The notes beneath the pieces were generated by a model. The model saw only the letters and a program-made list of their open reading frames with translations. It ran no database searches and had not been told where the DNA came from. Below are positions 35,901-48,828 of a stretch of DNA of 64,000 bases, piece by piece. Origin of the DNA: Botryllus schlosseri. Lineage: Eukaryota. Numbering within the stretch: position 1 is the first letter of the stretch; each line of letters starts with the position of its first letter. The stretch spans positions 37,574,001 to 37,638,000 of the forward strand of contig CM119371.1 in assembly GCA_051294905.1 (NCBI GenBank). The letters run 5' to 3'. Made by a program: the position numbers and the translations under genes.

Positions 35901-38399
35901 AGGGGAGACACGTAACACTGCCCGTAATTGTTTAAAAGAGCAGTACGTAGACGTACGTTGAGTACGTAAACGCGGAGCAGCAGCTACCGTCACCGCGCTT
36001 ACCGGCCAGATACGCCTGCGGGCATTTCATATCGTCGCCAGCCGACTGTGCTAATATTTTGAAACTCGTGCTATGTTATAATACAGGATAAATCAGTTAG
36101 CTCACCTTAAAAGCATAGAACGAATATAACTGACGGTTAGCCCGAGAAGACGAAGTAATTATAGGTGTCTAATATCCAAAATTCAATCTATTTTGTAAAT
36201 CTGTTGATGCTCCTAATTTATTTTAGTCGATATTCTGGTGTTCCTGAATCCCTCCAGAATTGAACAGTGCGACACAAGTCAAGCTTGGTGTACAGGCGTT
36301 TGCCTTTCTAATTCTTATTCTAATAAAATGAAGCTCTGATTTATATGAAAAAGATTCGATATTTTATTTCAATTCAGTCCATGATTTCTCGAATTCAATA
36401 ACTCTAATTTGAAATAAATTTGGAATATCATGGCTCGCTATAATTCTAATAACAATCTAATCTCGAGAAGCTGAACATATTCAGTTGTCTCTGTTGCCTC
36501 TGTTGCCGGCCACTTTTCAAATCACAAGGAAAGAATATTCTACGGAGTAATATGCTGCATGTGACGTTTGGAATAAATAGTCTAATCTACTATAAACCAG
36601 AGGTTGATAAAACATGTCGACAGACTTGCTCCTTGCCACTCGAGGATGTCATTAAATGCCACGACCGAATTCAAATTCACCGAATTTGACAGGCTCTTCC
36701 AATTACCGGTCCAGAGTCGCTGTATCATTTATAATATCTTGTCGTAGTTGTGCGATGATGGTTAGTACATTCGCTTGCCTCCATTGCTATGGACGCATCT
36801 GCATTGATATCTAAAGCAGTTGTTCCATTATCTACTTGCACCAAATCCGGTTCTTCAAGGTGACGGCATGTCGCCATCCACCCATCTATCTAAACCACCT
36901 ATTTTAAATGTTCGGGGCGGGATTACAAGTTTAAATCTGGCATCGAAAATGTTTACGTTCCCGTTTGAACATTTCGGCAAAACACGAACGAGAATATTAT
37001 ATAAGATTCAATTCTGAAATGTTATCTGGAATCTTCTGAAAAATGAAATCTATCATCGACTCAAATGTCACTTGATGGCTCTCAGTAAATGAGTAAATGT
37101 CAAATGGATTGATTTCGGAAAGTGGATTAAAGTAGGTCATCGTAGCTGACCTGGTCTGTATTCGGAATATCGCGCAAAGTTTGACAACTATAAAATATTC
37201 AATTTTTACAAATTAGATTTCAATTGGAAATATAGCTACACAGTTTTTGCCAAATTGAATTATAACTTCAATTACTGAATTCGCAAAAACTCGGAAATTG
37301 AATTCAATTCAGAATTACAAAGAAATACAACGAAGATCAAGCTCAGGTCATATCACATGAGATTTTTTTCTCATAAGCAAGAGAATTGCAAATGCCTGTA
37401 TATCAGGGGCGGAAAACTTCTTCAGTCGGCGATATGGCTAGGGGAAAATTACGTAATCAATAAATCAGCTCCGAAGCTCCGAGCTCCGAAGCTCGTGTGA
37501 TAAATAACATTAGCACGTTGCAAGTGGACGCTAAATAAGGTGTGATAGCAAGCAATATCTATATATTATTCGCGTAATTACAACAAAGTAATCGTATTTA
37601 ATGCAAACTTTATGCATGAAGAATTGAGTCCAAAAACAGTAGTCAATGAATTTATTAAGGTAATGTACAATAGGTGTTGAAGTCAGTTGGACATCAGTGG
37701 ACGATCAACAAGTTCTTTTAACTGTGGCCGCATGTTGGAGGTTGCAAAGACTTCACGTGAACATGAGTGACACTGCTTTATCTTGTTGATGTTCATGGTC
37801 GAGAAAGTTTGCTCGCAAATGTATGTTGACCAGACATGGGGTAATGGCGATTATTAATCGTAATCGATTACGACGATTACAGCATTTTCAAGTAATCGTA
37901 ATCACAATCGATTACATTCGAAAAAAATCCGAAGTAATCGTAATCGTAATCGACTACTTCCCATATCTAATCGATTTCTTTGTGAAAGAACGATTACGTT
38001 TTGTTTGTACAAGGACTATGACATAAACTGAATATTCGTGAACAAGAATGAAATAATATACCACGTTAGCGATAGCACAAACGTCTGATTTTCAAACACC
38101 ACTACTCATTATTACGTCGGAAGTATTAGCTCCGCTCGTCATTGCGTAAGAAGTATCCACACATAGTAAACAGACATGCGATGGATATTGTAATGTGATT
38201 GTAAGAACACCCCACGTGGTGTATATCAGGTTATCAATACACTACAGAAGCCCCTACGTCGCAGCAGGATATTGATCACCACTCTGCCTATAGTTTCAAA
38301 TAGTAACTTATGTATTGATGTTTGGTTGTGCTTAGTTAAACGCAGTTTCAACGTTGCTGCTTGGCGAGCAGTAGTCCTACGTAACATAACATAACATAA

Positions 38400-38784
38400 C
38401 ATGGTTGGGTTTTATTTTTATCTGAACAAGTCACACACAATGTACAATGCGATAAGACACAATGCGATGGCATGAACAGATATAGGAGGATGTAGAACGA
38501 CACGCATCAGTAGCGATCCTGTACTCTAACATCCACCTCGGCCTAGAGTGCCCGATGTCACAGATCTTTTTCGATGTTGATCTCTTTGAAGCCGCTGCCC
38601 TTTCTACTAGTTCTTTTCCATTCATTGTGAGTGCTTTCTTTCGTCGGGTCTTTTTCTGGGCTTTTTTGTCGCCGTAAGAACGGCAACGGCAGGGGAAGAG
38701 GAGCCCAGATAAACCTCCGGCGGGAATCGAACGCGGTTCTCCTGCGTGCTGGGCGCTTATCGTAACCACTACACTATCTCCCCT
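38400..38784 (-). mobile_element. tRNA-derived SINE, family C (3' end uncertain)
   Basis: Head GGGGAGATAGTGTAGTGG...GTTCGATTCCC followed directly by the shared core GGAGGTTTATCTGGGCTCCTC. Confidence 0.6.
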
Positions 38785-39744
38785 ACGTACGCACGTACAC
38801 CTGACAAAAATTCGGAATTTTGTACTTGTCGAATGAAACATTGCAGTTACCACAACGAAGCATTACAAATAAACAGCTGCTGATATATATCATAACCGAG
38901 CCGCGTGCTTAGCCGTTTCTCGTAACAACAGCACGCAGTATCTGTATTAAGTTTAAGGCAGAATTTTTATGTTCACTATATCATATTCTCATATAACTAC
39001 TTGAAACGGGTGCCAATCGTTATTTCACAGTTCGTTACTCAGCATTTGGACCTGCCGCCATAACCATCCGCTTTATATAGCCTGACATGTTAGCGTGGGT
39101 TGTAGCTAGAATCAGAACCAACAGCAATAATCCGTCCCCCAGTCCAACCGTTGGTCAATTTTCAAAACTGAATTTCGTCAATACTATTGGTCATTGCATT
39201 AGATTACTATTCATTTTTAACCTCTCTCAGCCCCGAGTGTCAGATTTACCTGTAGAGCTGGGGCACGTAATTCATAATTATAGCATCTGGTATGTTGTTA
39301 TAATTACTTTTTTGTATGTTGTTAATTCCTGACCGCAGTCAGTTGATTAATCAAAAGATATTGTACTCGCCCAAACGTAGCAGACTAAAAGAATATATTT
39401 CGTGAGACGCACACGCAAATTGTCATGGCTTTATTCCTATGTGGATGCACCGAGTGGCATTTGCATTGTGGGCTCAGATTGGAAGGACAGGACTATTATT
39501 AGTCACGCCCACCCAGCACGACTATTGACAATGGACGAATACCCTAAGTTTCGGCTAAGGTATTTCTTTGGTATCACATCCCGTGGAGTTGCGTGTTGGC
39601 CGAAACTGCATATGTCTTTTGGTGTGTTGTGGGATCGTGGCGCGGTAATGACCGGCACCGAAATGCCTGTTCCCATAAAATAGCCTATGCATGTTTTTCT
39701 TGAAGGGGAGAGGTATGCATTTCAAACCCAGCTATCTACTGGAG

Positions 39745-40226
39745 CAGGGGTCACCAACCGTTTTGAAAAAAAAAACTACTTCTTGTGTAGTGTGTACTGA
39801 TTATTGCGACGACCGACGGGTTACCACTTACTCCCACCGTTTATCCGTGCTCCGTTGGATTTCTTCACTTAGAGTAAGACAATCAGAGCACTGGGCCGGG
39901 TTTCCGCCCCTTACCAAGAACGAAAAACGCTCACTCGCCGGGACTCACACCAGCTCCTCTGGGCTCAGTTGCGTTGCTGCAGTGCGGGTCAAAGCGCTAA
40001 TCTCCGCGACGAGACTTGGAAATATTAACTATAGATTCCCGTTGAGCCACCGCGTTGGCGAAGACGAGCAATGCCCCGAGCGACTGCGTTCGTCTGTTCC
40101 TTGGGGTCGGCTGACCCATGTTCAACTGCTGCTCATATGAAACCAGCTTCAACTTTTAAATCTTTCATTTGAATATTTGCTACAGCGACCGCGGGCGACT
40201 CATTTGGTCCGCGTTGGTGACCCCTG
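39745..40226. mobile_element. hAT MITE with 28S rRNA-derived interior
   Basis: TIR CAGGGGTCACCAAC/GTTGGTGACCCCTG, TSD TACTGGAG/TACTAGAG. Confidence 0.87.
39828..40183 (-). rRNA. Degraded, internally deleted 28S rRNA fragment (non-functional)
   Basis: Plus strand matches the 28S antisense core as recalled: TTACTCCCaCCGTTTAtCCG..TTTCTTCACTT..CAGAGCACTGGGC, GGAAATATTAAC..GATTCCC, CTGACCCATGTTCAACTGCTG.TCA.ATG.AACC, TTTGAATATTTGCTAC. Confidence 0.82.
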
Positions 40227-41580
40227 TACTAGAGACATTTGAATCGCGAAGCTCGAAGAATATTTTCAAGAAGTAATTAAATTCTCGAAAATACTCTAAT
40301 TTATGTTGGTTTACGAAATACTTTTGAGTCCCCTTAGAGCACGCTCCCCACCCTATTAAGGAATTTGGGGTGCGGCAGGTAAAGACCTGGCAATAATGCA
40401 AATCGTTGGGTGCGATAAATCATCCCAATAAAGTTGGGCAATTGGTATATTATGACGTAATAAGCAAATGACACATGATGTATGAAGAGAGTTGATATCT
40501 CATTAAGCCTTTTCATCGCAATCCTTGTATTGTCTTCCAATATATCCTTTAAGATTATAGCACTAAGAAGCAAAACAAATGTAATCGTGAGTAATCGTGA
40601 TTACTTTTCCAATGTAATCGTAATCGTGATCGACTACTTCCTGATTTTGCTGTAATCGTAATCGTAATCGTAATCGCGTGATTCTGAAGTAATCGTAATC
40701 GCAATCGATTACATTCATGAAGTAATCACCCCATGTCTGTGTCTTACCGTCCCGAGGGTTGACTATTTAATATTCATTCACTAGAAACTTCTTGTATGTC
40801 AACTTGAATTTCGACATGTTCGGATATTTTATTCAACATAGCATCAATAAAATCAATTACACATGAAATAATTCAAGTTGTTTTCAATCACGATGATATT
40901 TTCATCGGTCCAAGACATACACACAATGCACCATGTATATTGCATTGTACATTGTATGTCTTGAGCAGATGAAAATATAATCTATCGAATATTGATGTTG
41001 ATCAAGATTCCTTTCAAACTGATACTCTCCATTAGTGGTAACAGTGACCTGAAAGGTGTTATGTTCAACCGTTATCCTTGATCCAGGCAAATGAATGTAG
41101 AAATAAATTCCGAATGTCCACGCAATCACGAATATCCAGTTGTGACGTCATAGTGGTTTGACATTGACAATTAAAAATACAGGGAAAATATAGCTCCCTT
41201 GCCGAAATATCCAAGTACTATAGCTGTTGAACTGACTATTTTGAGGGTTCCAGCGATCCCATATCTTATTCGTCGGCTTTATCGGGCGGTATTCGTCCGT
41301 AGGCTCACACAACATGGTTTTTTGAAAGTATTCACATAATTATGGGGTATTATATTACCACTTGGAAAAACACATTTTTTAAAGGCCTTTGTCTAAAACG
41401 CTGTTTAAAACATGTTTTACACAAAGTGTTTTGAAACACCGTTTGTTTTAAATTCAACCTTAATCGCAGCACTGACATCGTTTATTTCAATGTAGAAACA
41501 ATTGGAACTGGAGACAACTTCACCGTGGGGTCATCGGTGGTATTGGATCGTTAAATAAAGCCAATGGGTCAATAGAATAA

Positions 41581-42273
41581 TTACGAAGAAAATCTCATTG
41601 CAGTGGTCGATGCAGTTGTCATTGTGGTCGTTGTAGTCGTAGTCGTGGTCATGGTCGGTTTCAATAGCACTTAAAATATATATGTACAATTTTTTACTTG
41701 CCAAAGGCAATACTTTGTCTACTCACTGAGCATGGCGTAGAGAAGAAGGGGGTTGTCGATGATGTTTTTTAGCCGATGCTTGACCACGCGGCCCTGGTGG
41801 ATAAGCAGGGGTTGGAATATGGGTCCCTGGTATATTAGCTGAGAAGGGGTGATAGGTAGGCCTACCTGGTAAATGGGCTCAGGCTGGAGGACGGGCTCAT
41901 CGTACATGGGCCGAGGATGATGGTGTACGACTGGTAACTCTTGGATCTGGTTTCCAGGGAAGGGTGAATATCCCTGGTTGGAGTGAACATCAAGGAATCC
42001 CTAAAATAAACCGAAACGAATTGAAGAGTCTTGGGATCGTGAGCTACGAAGACGGTGGACTCGAATTGAAGCCCAGACGAAATGGCGGGCGCAAAACATT
42101 GTCACAAAATAGCGTTGCGACTTACGTGCTTGACAGCAGGATCTCCGTCTCTTTCTGTTGAAATCAAAATCAATTTCGCGTGTTTTATAGTAGATGCATA
42201 ACGCAGAATACGAACCTTCGGATGCGTAGACGACGTAAGCATTAATCGCGAGGCAAGGAATTGCAATGTTCAT
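41581..42273 (-). CDS. Lectin-family paralog 4: secreted Pro/His/Thr-rich protein without CTLD (149 aa, 4 exons)
   Basis: Exons 42273-42216 (MNIAIPCLAINAYVVYASE), 42154-42126, 42000-41727 (...NIIDNPLLLYAML) and 41669-41581 (poly-Thr, TAA). 450 nt in frame; AATAAA at 41486-41481. Confidence 0.75.
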
Positions 42274-44151
42274 TTCGAATCTACAAGCTACGGGATACGC
42301 AAAGCAAGAATACGAAGTTAATGCCTTAAATGTCTTCAGCTATTGTTTATTTTAATGTTATTCATGTTTATTTACGCATTGTGATTTGCGCACAGCTCCT
42401 GTCCTAGTATTTGCGTACTTGACCTTCATGAAAAACAATTTACCAGTTCTTCGGGTTGGTCAGAATATTACAACCTGATTAACTACATAATTCTAGATGA
42501 TAAGACGATTAGAGAATAATGATGGTAATCAAATTCTAGTCTACTTTCTGAGGTATTTCTTGCAATAATTCTAATTACATACTAATTTTTGCAATGTTTC
42601 CACGTTCTCATTTTCATTCTAATCTAATTTGTGGTTACCCTGAAAATGCTACTGGACTGCTGAAGCGTGCGAAACAACCCAAGATTCCTGTACATACATT
42701 TGTTTCCTCATTTGATATGAACAGATCTTTCTCAATTCCCAAGTTTTCACGAATTCAGAATCATAATTATAATTTAATTCGGATAACAAATTTGAAACTA
42801 TAACTTCATTTCCAATTTAACTTAGAAAAACTGAGTAGCTATAATTCCAATTCCAATCTAATTTTGAAAACCTGAAAATATTCTAGTTGTCAAACTCATA
42901 GCAACAATTTCACCCGACTCATCTGAATTGGTAGGTGCCAATAATTTGAAAATACACTCATCTTATATTTCTGTATAGAAGCGTATGTCCGGCTTATTAT
43001 CACTGACTGGTAGAGGTGTAGAAGGTCAATTCAGTATCAAAAAAGGGCGATGACTCAATGTGATCGTGTAAATTAGTAAGGAGTTCCGTAATTACGTCAA
43101 TGGAACTCCATTATCATATCGAAACCTATAAAACTTGGGTTCGTATTTAGAGGTTTTTAGTCAGGAAACGAAAGCTCATTTGATTGCTGAAAATATAGTT
43201 GAGCTTCCGGGAGTGTTTTAGCATATGCATTCAGCTCATAAGCTCATTGTACATAGCCAACAAATTCTTATTACTAAAATGTAATTACTTACGTCAAACA
43301 TTGTAGACAGGGGGAACGAGAATATGTCGGATCCATCCATCCCAGATGAAATCCGGAATATGGCTCAGATCATCCGAACGTGATGTTTGTTGTAGCATTC
43401 TCTCGGATGTTGATATGATCAACATATTTGGTACAAGGTAGTGAATCTGCGGTTCCCGAACTTTGTTGACTCATAGCGCCCTCCTTAAGCTCTTTAGACT
43501 TTAGCTACATAGGAGTGCGCGGACATAGTATTTCAGTTATTATGAGCATTCTCTCACATTCTAATATCACCCACAAATTTGGTTAAAGATTTAAAAGTTT
43601 TTTTACCTGAACTTCTTTGACTCGGCCATCTTATCAAGCTCAACATATCTTTATCCCTACCCCTAAAGCAAGGGTGGGCATTTATTTTTCTCCGCGCGTC
43701 GATGAGAAGCCGAAAATGCATTGGCGGGCCGTGTCAAAAACTTTTAGCCGTATTCTCCAGCCTATATATTTCTTTTCTGACTTGAAATCAATGAATTACA
43801 CTGTATTAAATGCTAGGTGCTAGGCTTAGTGGATGTGTGGATATTAGGGAGTGAGAAAGTGGCGGGTAATCATCATAATGATAATATTTATATTTGCCGT
43901 CATATTTCGACACAATCTGATTAAACCTGATACATTTTCAACTCTCTTTAAACCCCTATCAACGTTTTTATAACAAGATATTACAATATATTCGGGATAC
44001 TACAAAACTTATTGTCTTGGTCGCTGCCTTCCGAGCAGTGTGTAGCTTGGCGAAATAGTCTTGTTGTTGAGAGAAGCTTGCATTTCATATGAAATTCGCC
44101 CTTCCTGGACCGAGTGCAAGTTTTCGTGTTTTTGTCATAAGTCCGACTTAC

Positions 44152-44429
44152 GTGTGGCGAGATAGCGCAGTGGTATAATCCGCGGCTGCAACACCAATGG
44201 GTGCGGGTTCGAGTCCGACCGAGGTCGACTTCCGAATTCCGATATCTAAGTGTTGGAGGTTTACCTAGGCTCCTCCTCGCCACCTCATCCGCATCAGCGG
44301 TGTCTTACAAAAGCCTAGAGGTGGGCCGTGCTATAAGTCGGCAGTTACGGAAAATACAAAAAGAAATATCGGCCTGGTGTAAATGACCATAGTAGTCGAG
44401 AAACACCATGAATACCCCAAAAACAAACA
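44152..44429 (+). mobile_element. tRNA-derived SINE, family A (best-preserved copy)
   Basis: A box TAGCGCAGTGG, B box GGTTCGAGTCC, 13-bp TSD AAGTCCGACTTAC. The host repeat recurs at about 62938-63740 without the SINE. Confidence 0.9.
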
Positions 44430-45969
44430 AAGTCCGACTTACATTTAACTTCTTAAACACGGCGACGTGCTCGCACTAACGACTAAAAAGACGGGTTTAC
44501 TCCTGGCTCCAGTAAACAAATGTTTATTGCTCCAAACCTTCTTTGAATTTCAGCTTTCGGCCTTCTTTTGTGACATGCCCGCTTATCCTTTATGGTGTTG
44601 ATGACTCATAGTAATCAGAGGCACTGATTGACTTGTTTTACGAATTAGGGATTTGGAAACGTATCGCGTACCAATTTGAAGCACAGATCGTGTAAATGGC
44701 AATAAAGAAGGTTTGAACTAAACTATATGGGCACAGTGACTTTTTGTGACTTTATTTATTATGGCACACTTTGCTATATCGACTTTATTGTGAATCTGGA
44801 TTATTCGTACTACGTTCGCAGGCTACGTAATCGCCGCAAATAAATATTTTGGATTCCAAGCAACTTTTCGCGGGCTGCATTTGGCCCGCGGGCCGCACTT
44901 TGCCCAGGACTGCCCTAAAGACTACATGACGTTGAGCAGATTATCCTTCCACTTTTCCGTACTGTTAAGTACGATGTATTCACTTATTCGAGTTGGACTG
45001 CTTGTATACTACATCTACTTTAATACTCTCAAAATCGCCCCATGGGGCGATATCAATCACTTTGAGAAGCACTGCTTGAAAGCATAATTGAAGTCAATAA
45101 GGTCACTTGATGCCGCAAATAAACACGCTAGATGTGAAGTCTTTGATAACGATCATCGTCAGCGCGACATATAGCAAAAACTCGAAGTCCACCGGGCACC
45201 TAACGTTGAACCGCAAGAAATTTCCACGAAAAGCTGTACCAAGGTCGGGATTGACAGCGCCACATAATTTGCATTGTGATATCGCACTGAATGAGTATAA
45301 TCAGAAATGAGCTTCATCAGAGGCCTGCAACATTGCGTAATGACTCGAGCGTTGTTATTCTTTTCTTAGTGACAGCAGAAACTATTGCAAAGCGTGCTGT
45401 GATGGCATCCGGCGAGAGGAAGTAATGCGCCTCAAGTAGCGTTGGATCAATATCACAGACACTGTTCGTCTTACAAACACAAGTGACATGTTAGCTCAGA
45501 AAGCTATGGCAAGTAACGGAGAGTCCTTGAATGAAAATAATCGAGTGTAGTGTTTCAAACATAGAAAAATCAGACACAGAACCCCGGTTTTGAATTGTCA
45601 AATATTCGGTTTTAATAGATTAACAGATTGCATATTGAACGTACTGTTCACTGTTGCAGCTCATTAAATCTTTGACTATCTTCTGTTCAGCCACATTTCC
45701 GTTCATGGTTGTGGTGCTTTCTAGCCAGGTTTTGTGTCAGTGATATTTTTATCCTTTAAAACATGCAGTCCAAAAGACGATGGGATGACCAGATAGATTA
45801 GTAATTTTTTGCATATGTTGATATTACAAACGTGATGTGCTACCTGCTAATATTTGTTGGAATTATGACGCAGGCTCCCAAAAAGCAGGATATACCAACG
45901 ATATGAATGTTTGAGATTGATGATCAGTGGGTAAATCTGGGTAAACAGTTTTTGTTTTCAATGCTATTA

Positions 45970-46350
45970 GAAGAGCTTCTTGGAGGTACAGGACTTCAAT
46001 ATACAATTGAATAGTATATTGATATTGAAATAAACCCGAATATTTTCGGCTGACACTCGTCAGGGGTAATCGTCAGCAACTATGTAGAGAATTGGAAAAA
46101 ACATTGTATATCAACAATCGTATCACAAAACATGACGTCGCCCGCATGAAATTTCAAACGAGAGAGCGTTCAATGTACTATTTTCAGGTGGTACACGAAC
46201 TCCTTTTATTGACAGAGTTTGGGTTGGTGTATTTTGACAAAAGTCGACTCCAAGGCACACAAATGGAAGTGTGAACGGCTCCTCCAAACGACGCGAAATC
46301 TGTCGTCTCGATAATTATTCGCACTAATCGGATTATCTAATATATGTTTT
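45970..46350 (-). mobile_element. Penelope-like element 3' fragment
   Basis: KHILDNPISANNYRDDRFRVVWRSRSHFHLCALESTFVKIHQPKLCQ*KEFVYHLKI plus 3' pLTR. Confidence 0.82.
46034..46067 (-). ncRNA. Minimal type I hammerhead ribozyme
   Basis: Minus strand reads ACCC CTGACGA GTGTCAGCC GAAA ATAT TC GGGT, with all core nucleotides intact. Confidence 0.75.
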
Positions 46351-48828
46351 TAGATGTTATTAGATTCCACATAGTTTCATATAGGGATACAGCTAATACC
46401 TATACCCCACTAGGCACATGGCCTCGGATTTGTTGCTGACATTGAGCGGCTGTAACTCGATTCTGATAGATTTATATCAATTCTATGTTCGATCAGGAAG
46501 TCAAACTGGCGCACGATTTCCAGGACGCGCGTGCACGTTCGACAGGGTTTGAGTGTTGTGCATTGCGCGAGTCGTGGCAAAGGCTAGAAGGGCCAGCGAT
46601 AATTATCTGAGAACAGTTCTATATAATGCATTATCGTGTCTGGTATAGAACCGATCACCCGGCGTTCAACTGCAATCTACCCCACAACTAAGACTAACCA
46701 GGAACATAACGTGTCAAGATGTTGAGAATCCATATCGAGTCGTGTCGGCTCAGTTGAAACCTGATCTCGGTCTAGTAAGGCAAACATTGCGTAGCAGTCT
46801 CGCAATAAACTTCAAGTATTGAAGTCGAAGGAAAATTAGGATTAGTTTTGTAGACTCTCACGAGGTTCGCAGTAGAGCTTGCTCTTCCGATGGTCGTAAA
46901 ATGAATATCATTGAAGACAGTAGGTAGCGCAAGCGAATAGACAATGTGAACCGCAATCGAGAAATCGAGTCGAATCAAATCGAATCAGGGAATTGGAATT
47001 GTACATAAGAAATCACAATTCAAATGAGCGGAATTTGAATTGTCGAGTGATCCAATACAAGCGGTGTAGTCAGACCAATTTGATTTTGTATCGTCTTACC
47101 TATCAACATTGAGAGTTTTGTATGTCAGACATCATTCAAGCGCCTTCGATAACTCAATGGTTTATGGATATCAGGTCTGAGGCCCTTTACTTGGCCGATA
47201 TCCACCATAGTGTGGGGTACAAACCAGGTAAACGGCACTTTCTGGTATCAACTTATGCTTTTACACCCATTCCAATGGATGATTAGGAGTCGTCCCAGTC
47301 AACAAAATGGGAAGCGATCGCCCGGCGTATTTTGCGCATTCGATGTCAAAATGATGCTTCAAAAGATACACTTTTCGCACTTCAGCCGCAGACTCATTAA
47401 CCCTTTAGTTGCCGTTCATTAACCCTCTCGCTACTGCAGCTTACAACCGCTAGTAACCCCATCGCTACCTGAATCATTGTTGCTTTCTGACAGATATATT
47501 AACCTTTTGTTGCAAGACATCACAATTTGACAATATATTTTCATTATCGTGTTAGTTATAATAAAATCCACCATGAGCAATGAGCAATGAGCATACATTC
47601 AAAATACCGGTCAAATACAGACAGACAGTCATATAAAATGCATAAAACGACACAGTGATTCCAGTCGCGATACAGAGAGATGTTCTTTCCGGGACAAGTT
47701 TGATACAACTATTCCTGTTCTTGAATTGAAATGCAGACAAAATCTGGTTTATCGAACAAGTCTGTGCCTTGGCGGGAAGAATAGGGTCAGGGCAACACGG
47801 AGCTACCATCAGAACTATGTGGGACGCTAACTTCATTCAGAGCCCAATTATGAATGATTTAACCCGCGTTTAGGCTTGTCTTGGTCTCTGATATCTGGGT
47901 AATTCCGCTGGCCTCATATTCCTCGATGTACAGAAAGCGAGGTATCATTAGTAGTGATAATCGGCTGATCAAGGACATTGTCGCTGCAGGCTGAACCAAT
48001 GCTTAGAGAACGATATTTTATGAACTGTTGCCTTCGCCAACGCTGCATTTCTTTCAATTCACCATCAGACGTATACGGATATATGGGCATATCGCAGTCA
48101 CTTCATGGCTTCAGTCTCCATCGTAAAATAAAGGCTAAATATAGCATTAACATAACTCGTAGATTAACTGAAATGAGTATCACAAATTTCATTCAGAAAT
48201 TATTACAAGATATAGTATTTGGCTGAACAGTTGAAATGGCAACCGATGTAACGATTGTAAATTCAGTCACAGATAATGCAGACAGAGAAAATAGATGGTT
48301 GAGCATATCCCATGTTTCGTTAATATACCTAGCCAACATTAATGAATGCATTAACAAATGATGTCAAAGCCATAACCACAACACGTCAAGATTCGGCGTG
48401 CGGTAACGACACTCTTCCGCGGTTTAGCATTAAAATATATATCAACAAGTCCGTAGTACGCATAACGGTGAGGGCACTTGACAAGTATCACGCTGTTCAC
48501 TGTCGTCAACCTGACACTTCAGGCCACGGAAAAGTCAAAGTCAACATTTATATCATGTCATATTTTACAAGCCTAACGCAAACAAGCAATTAATATGACT
48601 GATCTGCTATTCTCAAATCTCAAAAATAACCCGAACTATCTCTTGCTCCACTGATCTCAACAAAGAACTTCATTCATATTCCACTCCATCGCTACAGTCT
48701 CGGAAATACAATTCGCCGGTACGGACGATAATTCAAACTTCAAGTGTGCAGCGGTAAACAACATCCGATGACTTATGACATCACAATCACTCCACGCTCA
48801 AGTGCTCACGAACCTGGAAGAGCTAGAC

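Larger units (their letters stand above)
37831..40739. mobile_element. DNA transposon derivative with (GTAATC)n subterminal arrays and nested elements
   Basis: TIR CAGACATGGGGT/ACCCCATGTCTG; the TSD is not clean. Confidence 0.75.

Noticed and set aside
37850..37960. GTAATC, GACTCGAGTC, AACTAG and ATCGCCCC arrays as CRISPR or functional repeats
   Set aside because: No spacers or cas genes; these look like subterminal repeats of eukaryotic DNA transposons.
39691..40140. 149-aa ORF
   Set aside because: Spans a MITE end and antisense 28S sequence; fortuitous.
44155..44225. tRNA-like sequences (also 17196, 21060, 38784, 60841) as tRNA genes
   Set aside because: Where traceable they continue into SINE bodies, several with TSDs, and none shows a clean cloverleaf.
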